Source of the DNA: Candidatus Kuenenia stuttgartensis | GTDB lineage: Bacteria > Planctomycetota > Planctomycetia > Pirellulales > UBA1268 | NCBI GenBank assembly: GCA_945897435.1 | Contig: CAMDFJ010000003.1 | Span: 6,056-70,055, forward strand | Length of the DNA: 64,000 nucleotides | Direction: 5' to 3' | In this document: positions 9,702 to 18,413 of the stretch, piece by piece | Position numbering within the stretch: the stretch's first letter is position 1 | Layout: the number at the start of each line of letters is the position of its first letter | Made by a program: the position numbers and the translations under genes | Notes under the pieces: generated by a model | What the model was told of the DNA's origin: nothing | The model's database searches: none | Seen by the model: only the letters and a program-made list of their open reading frames with translations

Positions 9702-12574
9702 CCCGTCCTCCGTTCATCGAAGGCCGCCCGAATGAGGGCCGGGCGGAGGTTGCCCCGTTGGCCTGCGAACCAATCGACGGAGCGGTCCACGACTGGCAGA
9801 CTCCAGGACTCAGGCTTGTGCGGCCGGAATCCCTCGCGGCCGAGGACGACGATCGCATCAGTTGCTGGATCCCATGCTGCCAGGCGAACCCATTCATTCG
9901 CGACCAGCCTTGCCACGGCGGGCACACGGGTCAGGGCTGCTTCGATCCGGGCGGTCGACGCCTCGATGACGAACAGCAGTCGGACGGGTTCGTGGATTTC
10001 GACAGTCTGCCAGGGGAGTCCGGTCCGCAGGTCGCTGGCATGGCCATCCATCACCCCAATCAAACCGGTGATGTTGTGGGGCAGTTTTGTGCCAGATCCG
10101 TAGCCTCGAGGATCGATGCAGGAAAACATGTAGGCGAGATTGATTCCGGAGCATACCGGGCCGACGGCGGCCAGAATCCGGGCGAGGATCGCCGCATCGG
10201 CGTCGGCATCGGGGTCGTAGGAGACCAGAAACGCCCGCCGGTCGAGGAACAGACCCCTGGTGCGTGCCCGCCGGCCGACGATGCAGACGGCGTTGGTGGC
10301 ATGACCATACTCAGGTCGCACCTGGGCCAGGTCGGCCGCCCGGGCCTCCACCTGGCGAAGCGCCTGCTCGGGTCTGACGTCGAGGGGCACGGCATCGAAC
10401 CTTCGGCAGCGTTCTTTGGCATCGGCAACGCCGGCCTCCCTGCAGCTGCGCTGGAAGGCCGCGTACTCCTGCCGGTGCGTCGCCGGAACCGCGGTTTCGT
10501 CGTAGAACGTGAATGCGTCGGAGCATGTGTCGTGCATCGCCGCGACGAAAACCGTCTCTTCAGGGATGGAAAAACCATTCCGGCCAAGGTGCGATCGCAC
10601 CCGCGGGTCATTGGCCATGGTGGCGAATGCCCAGGCGTTGGGGCCGCCACGCCCTCCTCCGCAGGCGCCGCAGTCGTAGGCGCTTTCGTGTGGGTTGTTG
10701 AGGCTGGTCGAACCGTGGCCGATCACGGCGACGAGCCGGGCGAGGCCCTTTTCGAGACCGATGTCCTCGAGCAGCGTTCGCACGATCGCGGCCATTTCGG
10801 AAACGTCAAAGCCCGCCAGCGTTCCGTCGGGCAGCGGCGTGTCGTCCGTGCGCTCGAGCTCAAGCCGGGTGCGAATACGCCGTTTGGTGAATTGATCGGC
10901 CCGATGAAACAACAGCGAGGTGAGGCGGGGAAACGCCACCCGTGCCACGAGCGGCACTGCGGCGATCGCGCCAAAGACTGCGGTCAAGAGCCCGCCCCGG
11001 ATGAGCGTGCGACTGCCATCGGCGAGGCCGCCCTTGAGCCGCCCCAGATGCCGCCGCACCGACCGTCTCAGAGCCTGGTGCATCGAGGCATTCGATTCCG
11101 GGACCTCGATCACGGTGTGCCTCGGCCGCACGACGATCGGGCAGAGGGGGATGGAATGCCAGTCGTCGATGCCGTGAAAGTACATCGGGACTCCGAAAAA
11201 ACCTGCCGTGCCGAAGGTCTCGCAGGCTGGATCCGTTTCTTCGAGGTGCCGTCGGATCGACTCGCAACGCTCGTCGATACAGAAAATTGCCTGGACCCCC
11301 GACCGCGGAATCAGTCCCGGCTCGACGAGGGATGCCCGCGCCGCCAGGCCATCGAGCAGCTCGATTTCGTGCCGTCGCTCATAGGCGAGATGCAGCAGGC
11401 GGCGGCGGGTGATGCCGTCGAATCCACCAATCGCCCGTTCGAGTCTCGTCATTTCGTTCTCGTCGAGGCTGCGGATGTCCGCCGCTGAAAGCCCCACCAG
11501 ACGGGCGACCTGGCAGACCATGAATGCACGGGCCACGCTGCCGGCCCCGTACCTGGGCGGGTAGCGGTCGCGGAGTTCAGTCCACAGTCTGGCCAGTTCG
11601 CCTCCATGGCCAAGCTTGGGGGCGATCCATTCGGCCGCCACCCGGTCGAAGATGAGTCGCAGAGCCAGAAAGTCGACCAACCGGGCAGGAACCGCGGCCA
11701 CGGGAACGCGGTCGGGCCGATCCTCGAAGTGACGCACCATTCCGGCCCAGCCGCGAAGCGAGAGGAGTGAACGCTCGATCAATTCCTCCTCCATCCCGGG
11801 CGGCGTGCCCAGGAGATCGATCTGCTGCGCGATCACCGACAGCGGATTCCGTCCTCGCGCCGCCGCCAAGGCCGCCGGCAGGCCGACATTCCAGGGCTCC
11901 GTCGGTCCGAAGCCGGCCTCGTAAAGACTGATGACCGCCCCAAGCAGCCCCTTCTCCCGGCCCGGCATCGGCCAGGTTGCCACACCCTGATCGAGATAGG
12001 AGGAGCAGACCCGAATCAGCAGCGGGTTGGTGTGTTCGTCCGTATCGAGAGCCGGACTGATGGCCTGCAGCAGATCGCGGATTCGGACCGGTGGTTGGCG
12101 GTGCAGAACGGCGGGCCGCGCCGAAGCCACCGCCTCGACGCAGGCGAGCCAGAGTTCCGTGGTCGCAAGATGGTTTTCGTCGTCGGCTTCGCTGAGGGTC
12201 CAGCGGACGGTGACGTCATCCTCCTTTTCAACTGGATTTCGCAGCAGTGCGAGGAGCAGTTCCTGGAGCGAAAGCCGCCCTCCGGCCAGCGGCTCATGGG
12301 CGGATGGTCCGAGGTCGGCGGCGAGCACCGCCTCGAGGTCGGCATCTCGAATACGGCCGCGGGCGAACTCCTCGCGATAACGGGCCTCTGCGAGGAACGG
12401 CTGGGTTCCATAGACCTGCGCGGCATGCACGACGGCCGCCTCGAAAGGCTCGTCCTCGAAGCCCTGAAGGATGTTCTGGGCAACGAAGATGTCGATCGGC
12501 CCCTGGCTCGGGAGAAACCGCGCCGCGCGTTCGATCGCCTGCCCGATGCGTCCGTTACGAATCTCGTCGTCCAT
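9698..12574 (-). CDS. dabA: DabA (DUF2309/UPF0753) inorganic-carbon pump subunit
   Basis: 958 aa. FCIDERCES and GHGSTSLNNPHESAYDCGACGG blocks match the Cys/Asp and His/Cys metal-ligand motifs of DUF2309 proteins. It sits immediately upstream of a NuoL-like gene. Confidence 0.85.
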   Translation of the reverse strand: MDDEIRNGRIGQAIERAARFLPSQGPIDIFVAQNILQGFEDEPFEAAVVHAAQVYGTQPFLAEARYREEFARGRIRDADLEAVLAADLGPSAHEPLAGGRLSLQELLLALLRNPVEKEDDVTVRWTLSEADDENHLATTELWLACVEAVASARPAVLHRQPPVRIRDLLQAISPALDTDEHTNPLLIRVCSSYLDQGVATWPMPGREKGLLGAVISLYEAGFGPTEPWNVGLPAALAAARGRNPLSVIAQQIDLLGTPPGMEEELIERSLLSLRGWAGMVRHFEDRPDRVPVAAVPARLVDFLALRLIFDRVAAEWIAPKLGHGGELARLWTELRDRYPPRYGAGSVARAFMVCQVARLVGLSAADIRSLDENEMTRLERAIGGFDGITRRRLLHLAYERRHEIELLDGLAARASLVEPGLIPRSGVQAIFCIDERCESIRRHLEETDPACETFGTAGFFGVPMYFHGIDDWHSIPLCPIVVRPRHTVIEVPESNASMHQALRRSVRRHLGRLKGGLADGSRTLIRGGLLTAVFGAIAAVPLVARVAFPRLTSLLFHRADQFTKRRIRTRLELERTDDTPLPDGTLAGFDVSEMAAIVRTLLEDIGLEKGLARLVAVIGHGSTSLNNPHESAYDCGACGGGRGGPNAWAFATMANDPRVRSHLGRNGFSIPEETVFVAAMHDTCSDAFTFYDETAVPATHRQEYAAFQRSCREAGVADAKERCRRFDAVPLDVRPEQALRQVEARAADLAQVRPEYGHATNAVCIVGRRARTRGLFLDRRAFLVSYDPDADADAAILARILAAVGPVCSGINLAYMFSCIDPRGYGSGTKLPHNITGLIGVMDGHASDLRTGLPWQTVEIHEPVRLLFVIEASTARIEAALTRVPAVARLVANEWVRLAAWDPATDAIVVLGREGFRPHKPESWSLPVVDRSVDWFAGQRGNLRPALIRAAFDERRTG

Positions 12575-12677
12575 CTCATACGACAGTATCGCAGGCTCGA
12601 GGTCGGCCAGGGCGGTGGTCCGCCCGAAAATGCTTGCATTGCCGTAAGTGGCGGGCGAGGACGGTTCGTACCGTGGC

Positions 12678-13109
12678 TCATTTTCGCCGGCGATCGCGGA
12701 CCGTCGGCGGGGCGGCGAGCGTGAACACGATCACCTCCTCGCCGGTCGCCATGCTGATGTCGTGGTGCACGCTCACGGGGGCCGCACCCGTCACCTCGCG
12801 AACCAGCGCCTCGAGCAGCGGTCTGCCGCAGAGCATGAGATGGCTGCGGAGCTGTTTGAGAAGGTCGGCACCCCGGCCATTGCCGTTGGCCGGATCGCGG
12901 GATTCGATCAGTCGCTGTTCGGCGGCACTGAGCACGCCCTGAAGGTGGACGAAGAGTTTGTTGTCGACGAGATGGGTGTGGACATCCCTCGGCCCGCGAC
13001 CCATGAATTCCTGCTGAAATCTGGCGATCAGGTCGCAGATTGCCGCCTCAATCTCTCCCTGCGACTTGGCTGCCTGTCCGACCATCGCGCGACTCCGTTC
13101 CGCGAGCAA
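12678..13109 (-). CDS. DUF2294-family protein (paralog a)
   Basis: SQGEIEAAICDLIARFQQEFMGRGPRDVHTHLV...VSVHHDISMATGEEVIVFTL matches the DUF2294 pattern. Alternative start at 13085. Same strand as dabA and 103 nt upstream of it. Confidence 0.7.
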   Translation of the reverse strand: MLAERSRAMVGQAAKSQGEIEAAICDLIARFQQEFMGRGPRDVHTHLVDNKLFVHLQGVLSAAEQRLIESRDPANGNGRGADLLKQLRSHLMLCGRPLLEALVREVTGAAPVSVHHDISMATGEEVIVFTLAAPPTVRDRRRK

Positions 13110-13221
13110 CCTCTGCTCAAGACGGCAAAAGCATCCCCACCTCAGAGGGGATTCACAAACAGGTTTCGGGTGCTGGATTCGCCCCCCATGAGTCAGCGAA
13201 CGATCGCGCAGAAAAATCTGC

Positions 13222-13249
13222 TTGCGTTACCTATCTTGCCCAATATAAT
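13222..13249 (+). promoter_or_regulatory. sigma-70-like promoter candidate (TTGCGT-16 nt-TATAAT)
   Basis: TTGCGT at 13222-13227, a 16-nt spacer, and exact TATAAT at 13244-13249. It lies in the divergent intergenic region and stands out in GC-rich DNA. Confidence 0.35.
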
Positions 13250-13378
13250 CCGTGAGACGCAGTTCGAAGCAGGCCGCGGAACACCGCATCGCCCGCTTCC
13301 GACAGCGTCCAAACAACTCAATTCGGAAGACGAGTCGAGGGGCAGGCCGGGATTTTCCCGGGAGGTCCATCGCAGCGT

Positions 13379-13434
13379 AAGCCGGTGTGAGAGAGAGCCC
13401 TCGGGCCTTCTTTCACGCCGGCTTTTTTCGTTTG
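13379..13434 (+). terminator. intrinsic terminator/attenuator hairpin with U-tract in the leader of the DUF2294-csrA operon
   Basis: 15-bp outer stem AAGCCGGTGTGAGAG (13379-13393) pairs with CTTTCACGCCGGCTT (13410-13424), including two G-U pairs. Inner GCC/GGC stem. Followed by TTTTTTCGTTTG. The opposite strand has no U-tract. Confidence 0.5.
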
Positions 13435-13453
13435 TATCGCCTTCCAGTACCGG

Positions 13454-13963
13454 ATGCGGGAACACCAGACACACCGCCACGAGAGCCCAGCAGTGATCCC
13501 AACCAGCACCGACCAGGATCTTGCCCGCCACAGGATCGCCCGCCAGGTCGCGCGGGCGACAGGCACCTTCGAACACCTGCTCACTGGACGGGCCCCGCAC
13601 AGCGTCACGGTCGTCTGCAACGGCGACTGGCTGGTCGTCAGCCTCCACGGCGCCTTTTCGGCCCTCGAACGCCGCCTTGCCACCGAAGAGGAGGGGGCGA
13701 GCCGCGTTCGCGACTTCCACCACTACCTCTTCGACAACTCGCTCGATTCGATTCGCAGTCACGTCCGCCGTTCAACCGGGGTTGAACTTCGGGGTGCCAT
13801 CGCCCACGTCGATCCGGGCACCGGCAGCGTGATCAAGACGTTCACGACCAATCCGGCCGTCGAACTGTTTCTGCTCGGACAGGGGCTTCCGGTGCTTGGC
13901 GTGCCGGTCAATGCCCATCTGCATGCCGATGGAGTGAGCGGCAATGGCGCCGTTCGCAGCTGA
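13454..13963 (+). CDS. divergent DUF2294-like protein (paralog b)
   Basis: 169 aa. It aligns by eye with paralogs a and c: GRAPHSVTVVCNGDWLVVSLHGAFSALERRL ... STGVELRGAIAHVDPGTGSVIKTFT. Confidence 0.55.
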   Translation: MREHQTHRHESPAVIPTSTDQDLARHRIARQVARATGTFEHLLTGRAPHSVTVVCNGDWLVVSLHGAFSALERRLATEEEGASRVRDFHHYLFDNSLDSIRSHVRRSTGVELRGAIAHVDPGTGSVIKTFTTNPAVELFLLGQGLPVLGVPVNAHLHADGVSGNGAVRS

Positions 13964-14005
13964 TTTTTCTCCCGGAAGGATCCGCAACCATGAAGAAGGT
14001 GACCC

Positions 14006-14224
14006 ATGTTGGTGCTGACCAGAAAAAACCGTGAGAGCGTCGTGATCGGCCGTCCCGAGGACCTCGAGGTCCTGCTCGAAATCACCATCCTGGAGATCGA
14101 AGGAGGCCGGGTTCGGCTCGGTTTCGAGGCCGACAACAAGATGCCGATCCACCGCCGCGAGGTCTGGGACCGGATCTGCAACGGGGAGAGCGTTCCCGTT
14201 CCACCACGAAGCGAGAAGAAGTAG
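14006..14224 (+). CDS. csrA: carbon storage regulator CsrA
   Basis: 72 aa: MLVLTRKNRESVVIGRPEDLEVLLEITILEIEGGRVRLGFEADNKMPIHRREVWDRI, the canonical CsrA pattern. Confidence 0.85.
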   Translation: MLVLTRKNRESVVIGRPEDLEVLLEITILEIEGGRVRLGFEADNKMPIHRREVWDRICNGESVPVPPRSEKK

Positions 14225-14244
14225 TGCCACCGGGGATTCCGACC

Positions 14245-14682
14245 ATGAAGTCTCAGGGCGAAATCGAGGCGGCTGTCTGCGACGGCATCTCGCGATTCCA
14301 GCAGGAATTCATCGGCCGAGGCCCGAAGGACATCCATTCGCACCTGATCGGCACGCTGCTGGTGGTCCGATTGCAGGGGGTGCTGACGGCCGCCGAGCGG
14401 CAGCTGCTCACCCCCCGGGACGCCCCGTCCGTGGACGGGAATGGCCATGGGAACGGGCCTGTCGCCGGTCACGACAATGGCAACGGGCGGGCGCTTCTGA
14501 AACAGGTTCGAGCCCACATGGTGGCCAGCGGACGGCCCCGCCTGGAGGCGATTGTCAAGGAGGCGGTGGGTGTCAGCCTGATCAGCGTTCACCACGATAT
14601 TTCCACGATCACGGGAGAGGAATTGATCGTGTTTTCGCTGGCCGAAATGCCTTCCTGCCGTCCCAAGCGGCCGCGGAGCTGA
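14245..14682 (+). CDS. DUF2294-family protein (paralog c) with Gly/Asn/His-rich insertion
   Basis: MKSQGEIEAAVCDGISRFQQEFIGRGPKDIHSHLI...ISVHHDISTITGEELIVFSL. Insertion VDGNGHGNGPVAGHDNGNG. ATG at 14245, 20 nt after the csrA stop. Confidence 0.7.
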   Translation: MKSQGEIEAAVCDGISRFQQEFIGRGPKDIHSHLIGTLLVVRLQGVLTAAERQLLTPRDAPSVDGNGHGNGPVAGHDNGNGRALLKQVRAHMVASGRPRLEAIVKEAVGVSLISVHHDISTITGEELIVFSLAEMPSCRPKRPRS

Positions 14683-14803
14683 GCAGACCGCAGACGATCC
14701 TCCGCCCGGCCTCCGAGGAGAGTGCCTGCCGGCTACGGTTCTGCCCGATTCTGGTAGATTTCGGCATTGCGTTCCTCCCGCTCGCCAACCCTGAGCGTCG
14801 CCC

Positions 14804-15991
14804 TTGCCAACGCCCTCCGCCCCCGTTCAGCGAGCCGCCACGGTGCTCCTGGTCGATGACCAGCCGATCATCGGCGAGGCTGTCCGGCGAATGCTGGCCG
14901 CCGAGGAGGGCATCGCCTTCCACTACTGCAGGGACGCCGCCGCTGCCCTGGAAATGGCCGCCTCCGTCGGCCCGACGGTGATCCTTCAGGATCTCGTTAT
15001 GCCGCAGATCGAGGGGCTGGAACTCGTCCGTCGGTTCCGGGCCGACGACCGATTCCGCGACGTTCCGATCATCGTGCTTTCCACCAAGGAGGAGGCGGCC
15101 GTCAAGGCGGAGGCCTTTTCCCTGGGGGCCAACGACTACATCGTCAAACTCCCCGACCGGCTCGAACTCGTGGCCCGGGTTCGGCATCATTCGCGGGGAT
15201 TCGTCGCCCTGATCGAGAGAAACGAGGCCTTTGCCGCCCTCCAGGCCAGTCAGCAGGTGCTGGCAAATGATCTCGCCTCCGCCGCACGGTACGTCCGCTC
15301 ATTGCTGCCGACGCCGCAGCAGATAGGCACCGCCACGGCCGATTGGAGATTCATCCCCTCGGCGGAACTGGGGGGTGACGCCTTTGGCTATCACCTTCTG
15401 TCCGACGGCAGCCTGGCGATGTATCTGCTCGACGTCTGCGGCCATGGGGTCGGCGCGGCCCTGCTGAGCGTTTCGGCTCTGAACGCGATCCGCAGCGAGG
15501 CCCTGCCACAGACCGACTTCCACGACCCCGGAGCGGTGCTTGCGGCGCTCAACAGGGCGTTTCCGATGGAGCGGCAGAACGACATGTTTTTCACGATCTG
15601 GTACGGCGTCTACGACGGTTCGACCAGAAAACTCCGCTGGGCGGGAGGTGGCCATCCGCCCGCCGTGCTCATCGCCCCCGAGGGAGACGCCCCAGCCAGG
15701 CTGCTCGACTCCGACGGCCCCCTGATCGGCGCCGTCGACGGACTCGAGTTCAGCTCCGCGGAAACGGAGATTCCGGCCGGCTCCCGACTGTTCATCTACA
15801 GCGATGGGGCCTTCGAAATCAGCCGTCCAGACGGCTCGATGTGGGCTTTTGACGAGTTTTTGCGGCTGATTTCCCTGCCCGCAGCAGGCCCGGAAAGCAC
15901 CATGGACCTGCTCGTCAGCCATGTGCGGGCCATATCCGAACGCGATGACTTCAACGACGATTTTTCGATGGTCGAGATGGTCTTGGGCTGA
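14804..15991 (+). CDS. response-regulator receiver domain fused to PP2C/SpoIIE-type phosphatase
   Basis: REC: VLLVDDQPIIGEAV...ILQDLVMPQIEGLEL...NDYIVKLPD. PP2C: ELGGDAFGYHLLSDGSLAMYLLDVCGHGVGAALLS...LFIYSDGAFE. TTG start at 14804, uncertain. Confidence 0.85.
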   Translation: MPTPSAPVQRAATVLLVDDQPIIGEAVRRMLAAEEGIAFHYCRDAAAALEMAASVGPTVILQDLVMPQIEGLELVRRFRADDRFRDVPIIVLSTKEEAAVKAEAFSLGANDYIVKLPDRLELVARVRHHSRGFVALIERNEAFAALQASQQVLANDLASAARYVRSLLPTPQQIGTATADWRFIPSAELGGDAFGYHLLSDGSLAMYLLDVCGHGVGAALLSVSALNAIRSEALPQTDFHDPGAVLAALNRAFPMERQNDMFFTIWYGVYDGSTRKLRWAGGGHPPAVLIAPEGDAPARLLDSDGPLIGAVDGLEFSSAETEIPAGSRLFIYSDGAFEISRPDGSMWAFDEFLRLISLPAAGPESTMDLLVSHVRAISERDDFNDDFSMVEMVLG

Positions 15992-16059
15992 TTTTTGAGG
16001 CCGCAAGCCCCCATCTCGCCCCGCTCCGGCCGCGGGCGCAGCCTGCGAAAACGGCCGTC

Positions 16060-16087
16060 TTGCACGGGCATATCGAATCCGTACACT
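16060..16087 (+). promoter_or_regulatory. candidate promoter of the tRNA-tuf operon (TTGCAC-16 nt-TACACT)
   Basis: TTGCAC at 16060-16065 and TACACT at 16082-16087, about 27 nt upstream of the first tRNA. Confidence 0.3.
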
Positions 16088-16113
16088 TGGTCGTTTCGCG
16101 GTCTTGGCCGGCC

Positions 16114-16186
16114 GCTAGCGTAGCTCAATTGGCAGAGCAGCTGATTTGTAATCAGCAGGTTGCGGGTTCAACTCCCGCCGCTAGCT
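16114..16186 (+). tRNA. tRNA-Thr (anticodon TGT)
   Basis: Hand-folded cloverleaf. Acceptor GCTAGCG/CGCTAGC. Anticodon arm GCTGA-TTTGTAA-TCAGC. T-arm GCGGG-TTCAACT-CCCGC. Confidence 0.9.
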
Positions 16187-16331
16187 CACTCCAATGGTGC
16201 CCCGCCCACCCGCCACGACGCGAACAATCGGATCACGGCCTGGTCCCTGCAAAGCCTGCGGCATCCATTCACCGACAACACGCTTCACCGAGACTCGACA
16301 ACGAGCTCACCAACTACCGAGAACACAAAAG

Positions 16332-16413
16332 GGGGAGTTTCCCGAGCGGTCAAAGGGGTCAGACTGTAAATCTGATGGCTATGCCTTCGCAGGTTCGAAT
16401 CCTGCACTCCCCA
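16332..16413 (+). tRNA. tRNA-Tyr (anticodon GTA), long variable arm
   Basis: Acceptor GGGGAGT/ACTCCCC. Anticodon loop contains CTGTAAA. T-arm GCAGG-TTCGAAT-CCTGC. Confidence 0.9.
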
Positions 16414-16481
16414 TAGCACCTTCCGCCAGGCACCAGCAGGTTCCTTCGGGCGGATCCGGGTGCCGCTCACATGCTCGTCAT

Positions 16482-16552
16482 GCGGGTGTAGCTCAATGGT
16501 AGAGCAATAGCCTTCCAAGCTAAAGACGAGGGTTCGATTCCCTCTACCCGCT
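16482..16552 (+). tRNA. tRNA-Gly (anticodon TCC)
   Basis: Acceptor GCGGGTG/TACCCGC. Anticodon loop CTTCCAA. T-arm GAGGG-TTCGATT-CCCTC. Confidence 0.9.
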
Positions 16553-16722
16553 GTAGCGATCCAGGAGCGTCCGACGCCCCACTCGAGCATCCAATCCAAG
16601 ACATTCCACCACATACTCCGCGGTCCAAAAGACCTGCCTTCACAACAGAAAGAACACGCACAAGTCACTCTTCGGAAGCATGAAGCGGCACCCTGTCGCA
16701 CCCGCTGCACATGGTCGCACTC

Positions 16723-16796
<74 letters not shown>

Positions 16797-16942
16797 CCGG
16801 CACGCCACAAATCAATCCGGCCGGTTCGTTTCCGGACGGAAAAAGGGTTTCGAGAACGAGGGTTTCGAGGAACTGGGTTTCAACACATGACGGCAGGCCG
16901 TGCGGCCTGCAGCCACCAGAGAGGAAGACCGAGGAAAAAAAC

Positions 16943-18142
<1,200 letters not shown>

Positions 18143-18232
18143 ATGAGTCCGGGGTCCCAGCCCCGGAAACGGATGAGTCCGGGGTCCCAGCCCCGGAAAC
18201 GGATGAGTCCGGGGTCCCAGCCCCGGAGACGG
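18143..18232 (+). repeat. three contiguous 30-nt tandem repeats, each a hairpin (TCCGGGG-TCCCAG-CCCCGGA)
   Basis: ATGAGTCCGGGGTCCCAGCCCCGGAAACGG at 18143-18172 and 18173-18202. The third copy (18203-18232) has one mismatch (GGAGAC). The array starts right after the tuf stop. Confidence 0.9.
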
Positions 18233-18273
18233 AGTCGATGAGAGGGGGCCCGCCCCGGGCCCTCTCTCCCCAC

Positions 18274-18346
18274 AGGGGCGTAGCTCAACTGGCAGAGCGC
18301 TGGTCTCCAAAACCAGAGGTTGCGAGTTCGATCCCCGCCGCCCCTG
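18274..18346 (+). tRNA. tRNA-Trp (anticodon CCA)
   Basis: Acceptor AGGGGCG/CGCCCCT. Anticodon arm CTGGT-CTCCAAA-ACCAG. T-arm GCGAG-TTCGATC-CCCGC has one A-C mismatch. Confidence 0.85.
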
Positions 18347-18413
18347 CTTGAGGGAGGCGGGGCCACGTAGTGGCACAACATCGGGGCGTTCCCGCAAGGG
18401 ACGCCGCATAACC

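Noticed and set aside
9758-11488. 576-aa + strand ORF
   Set aside because: It is antisense to dabA, which has strong family motifs. The ORF itself has no recognisable motifs.
13110-13453. CsrB-like multi-GGA sponge RNA claimed on motif count alone
   Set aside because: Four to five GGA motifs in about 200 nt is only mildly above expectation for this base composition. The finding is therefore framed around the promoter/terminator geometry, not GGA density.
18143-18232. Possible CRISPR array
   Set aside because: The three 30-nt units are contiguous with no spacers, and there are no cas genes in the window. It is a tandem repeat, not CRISPR.
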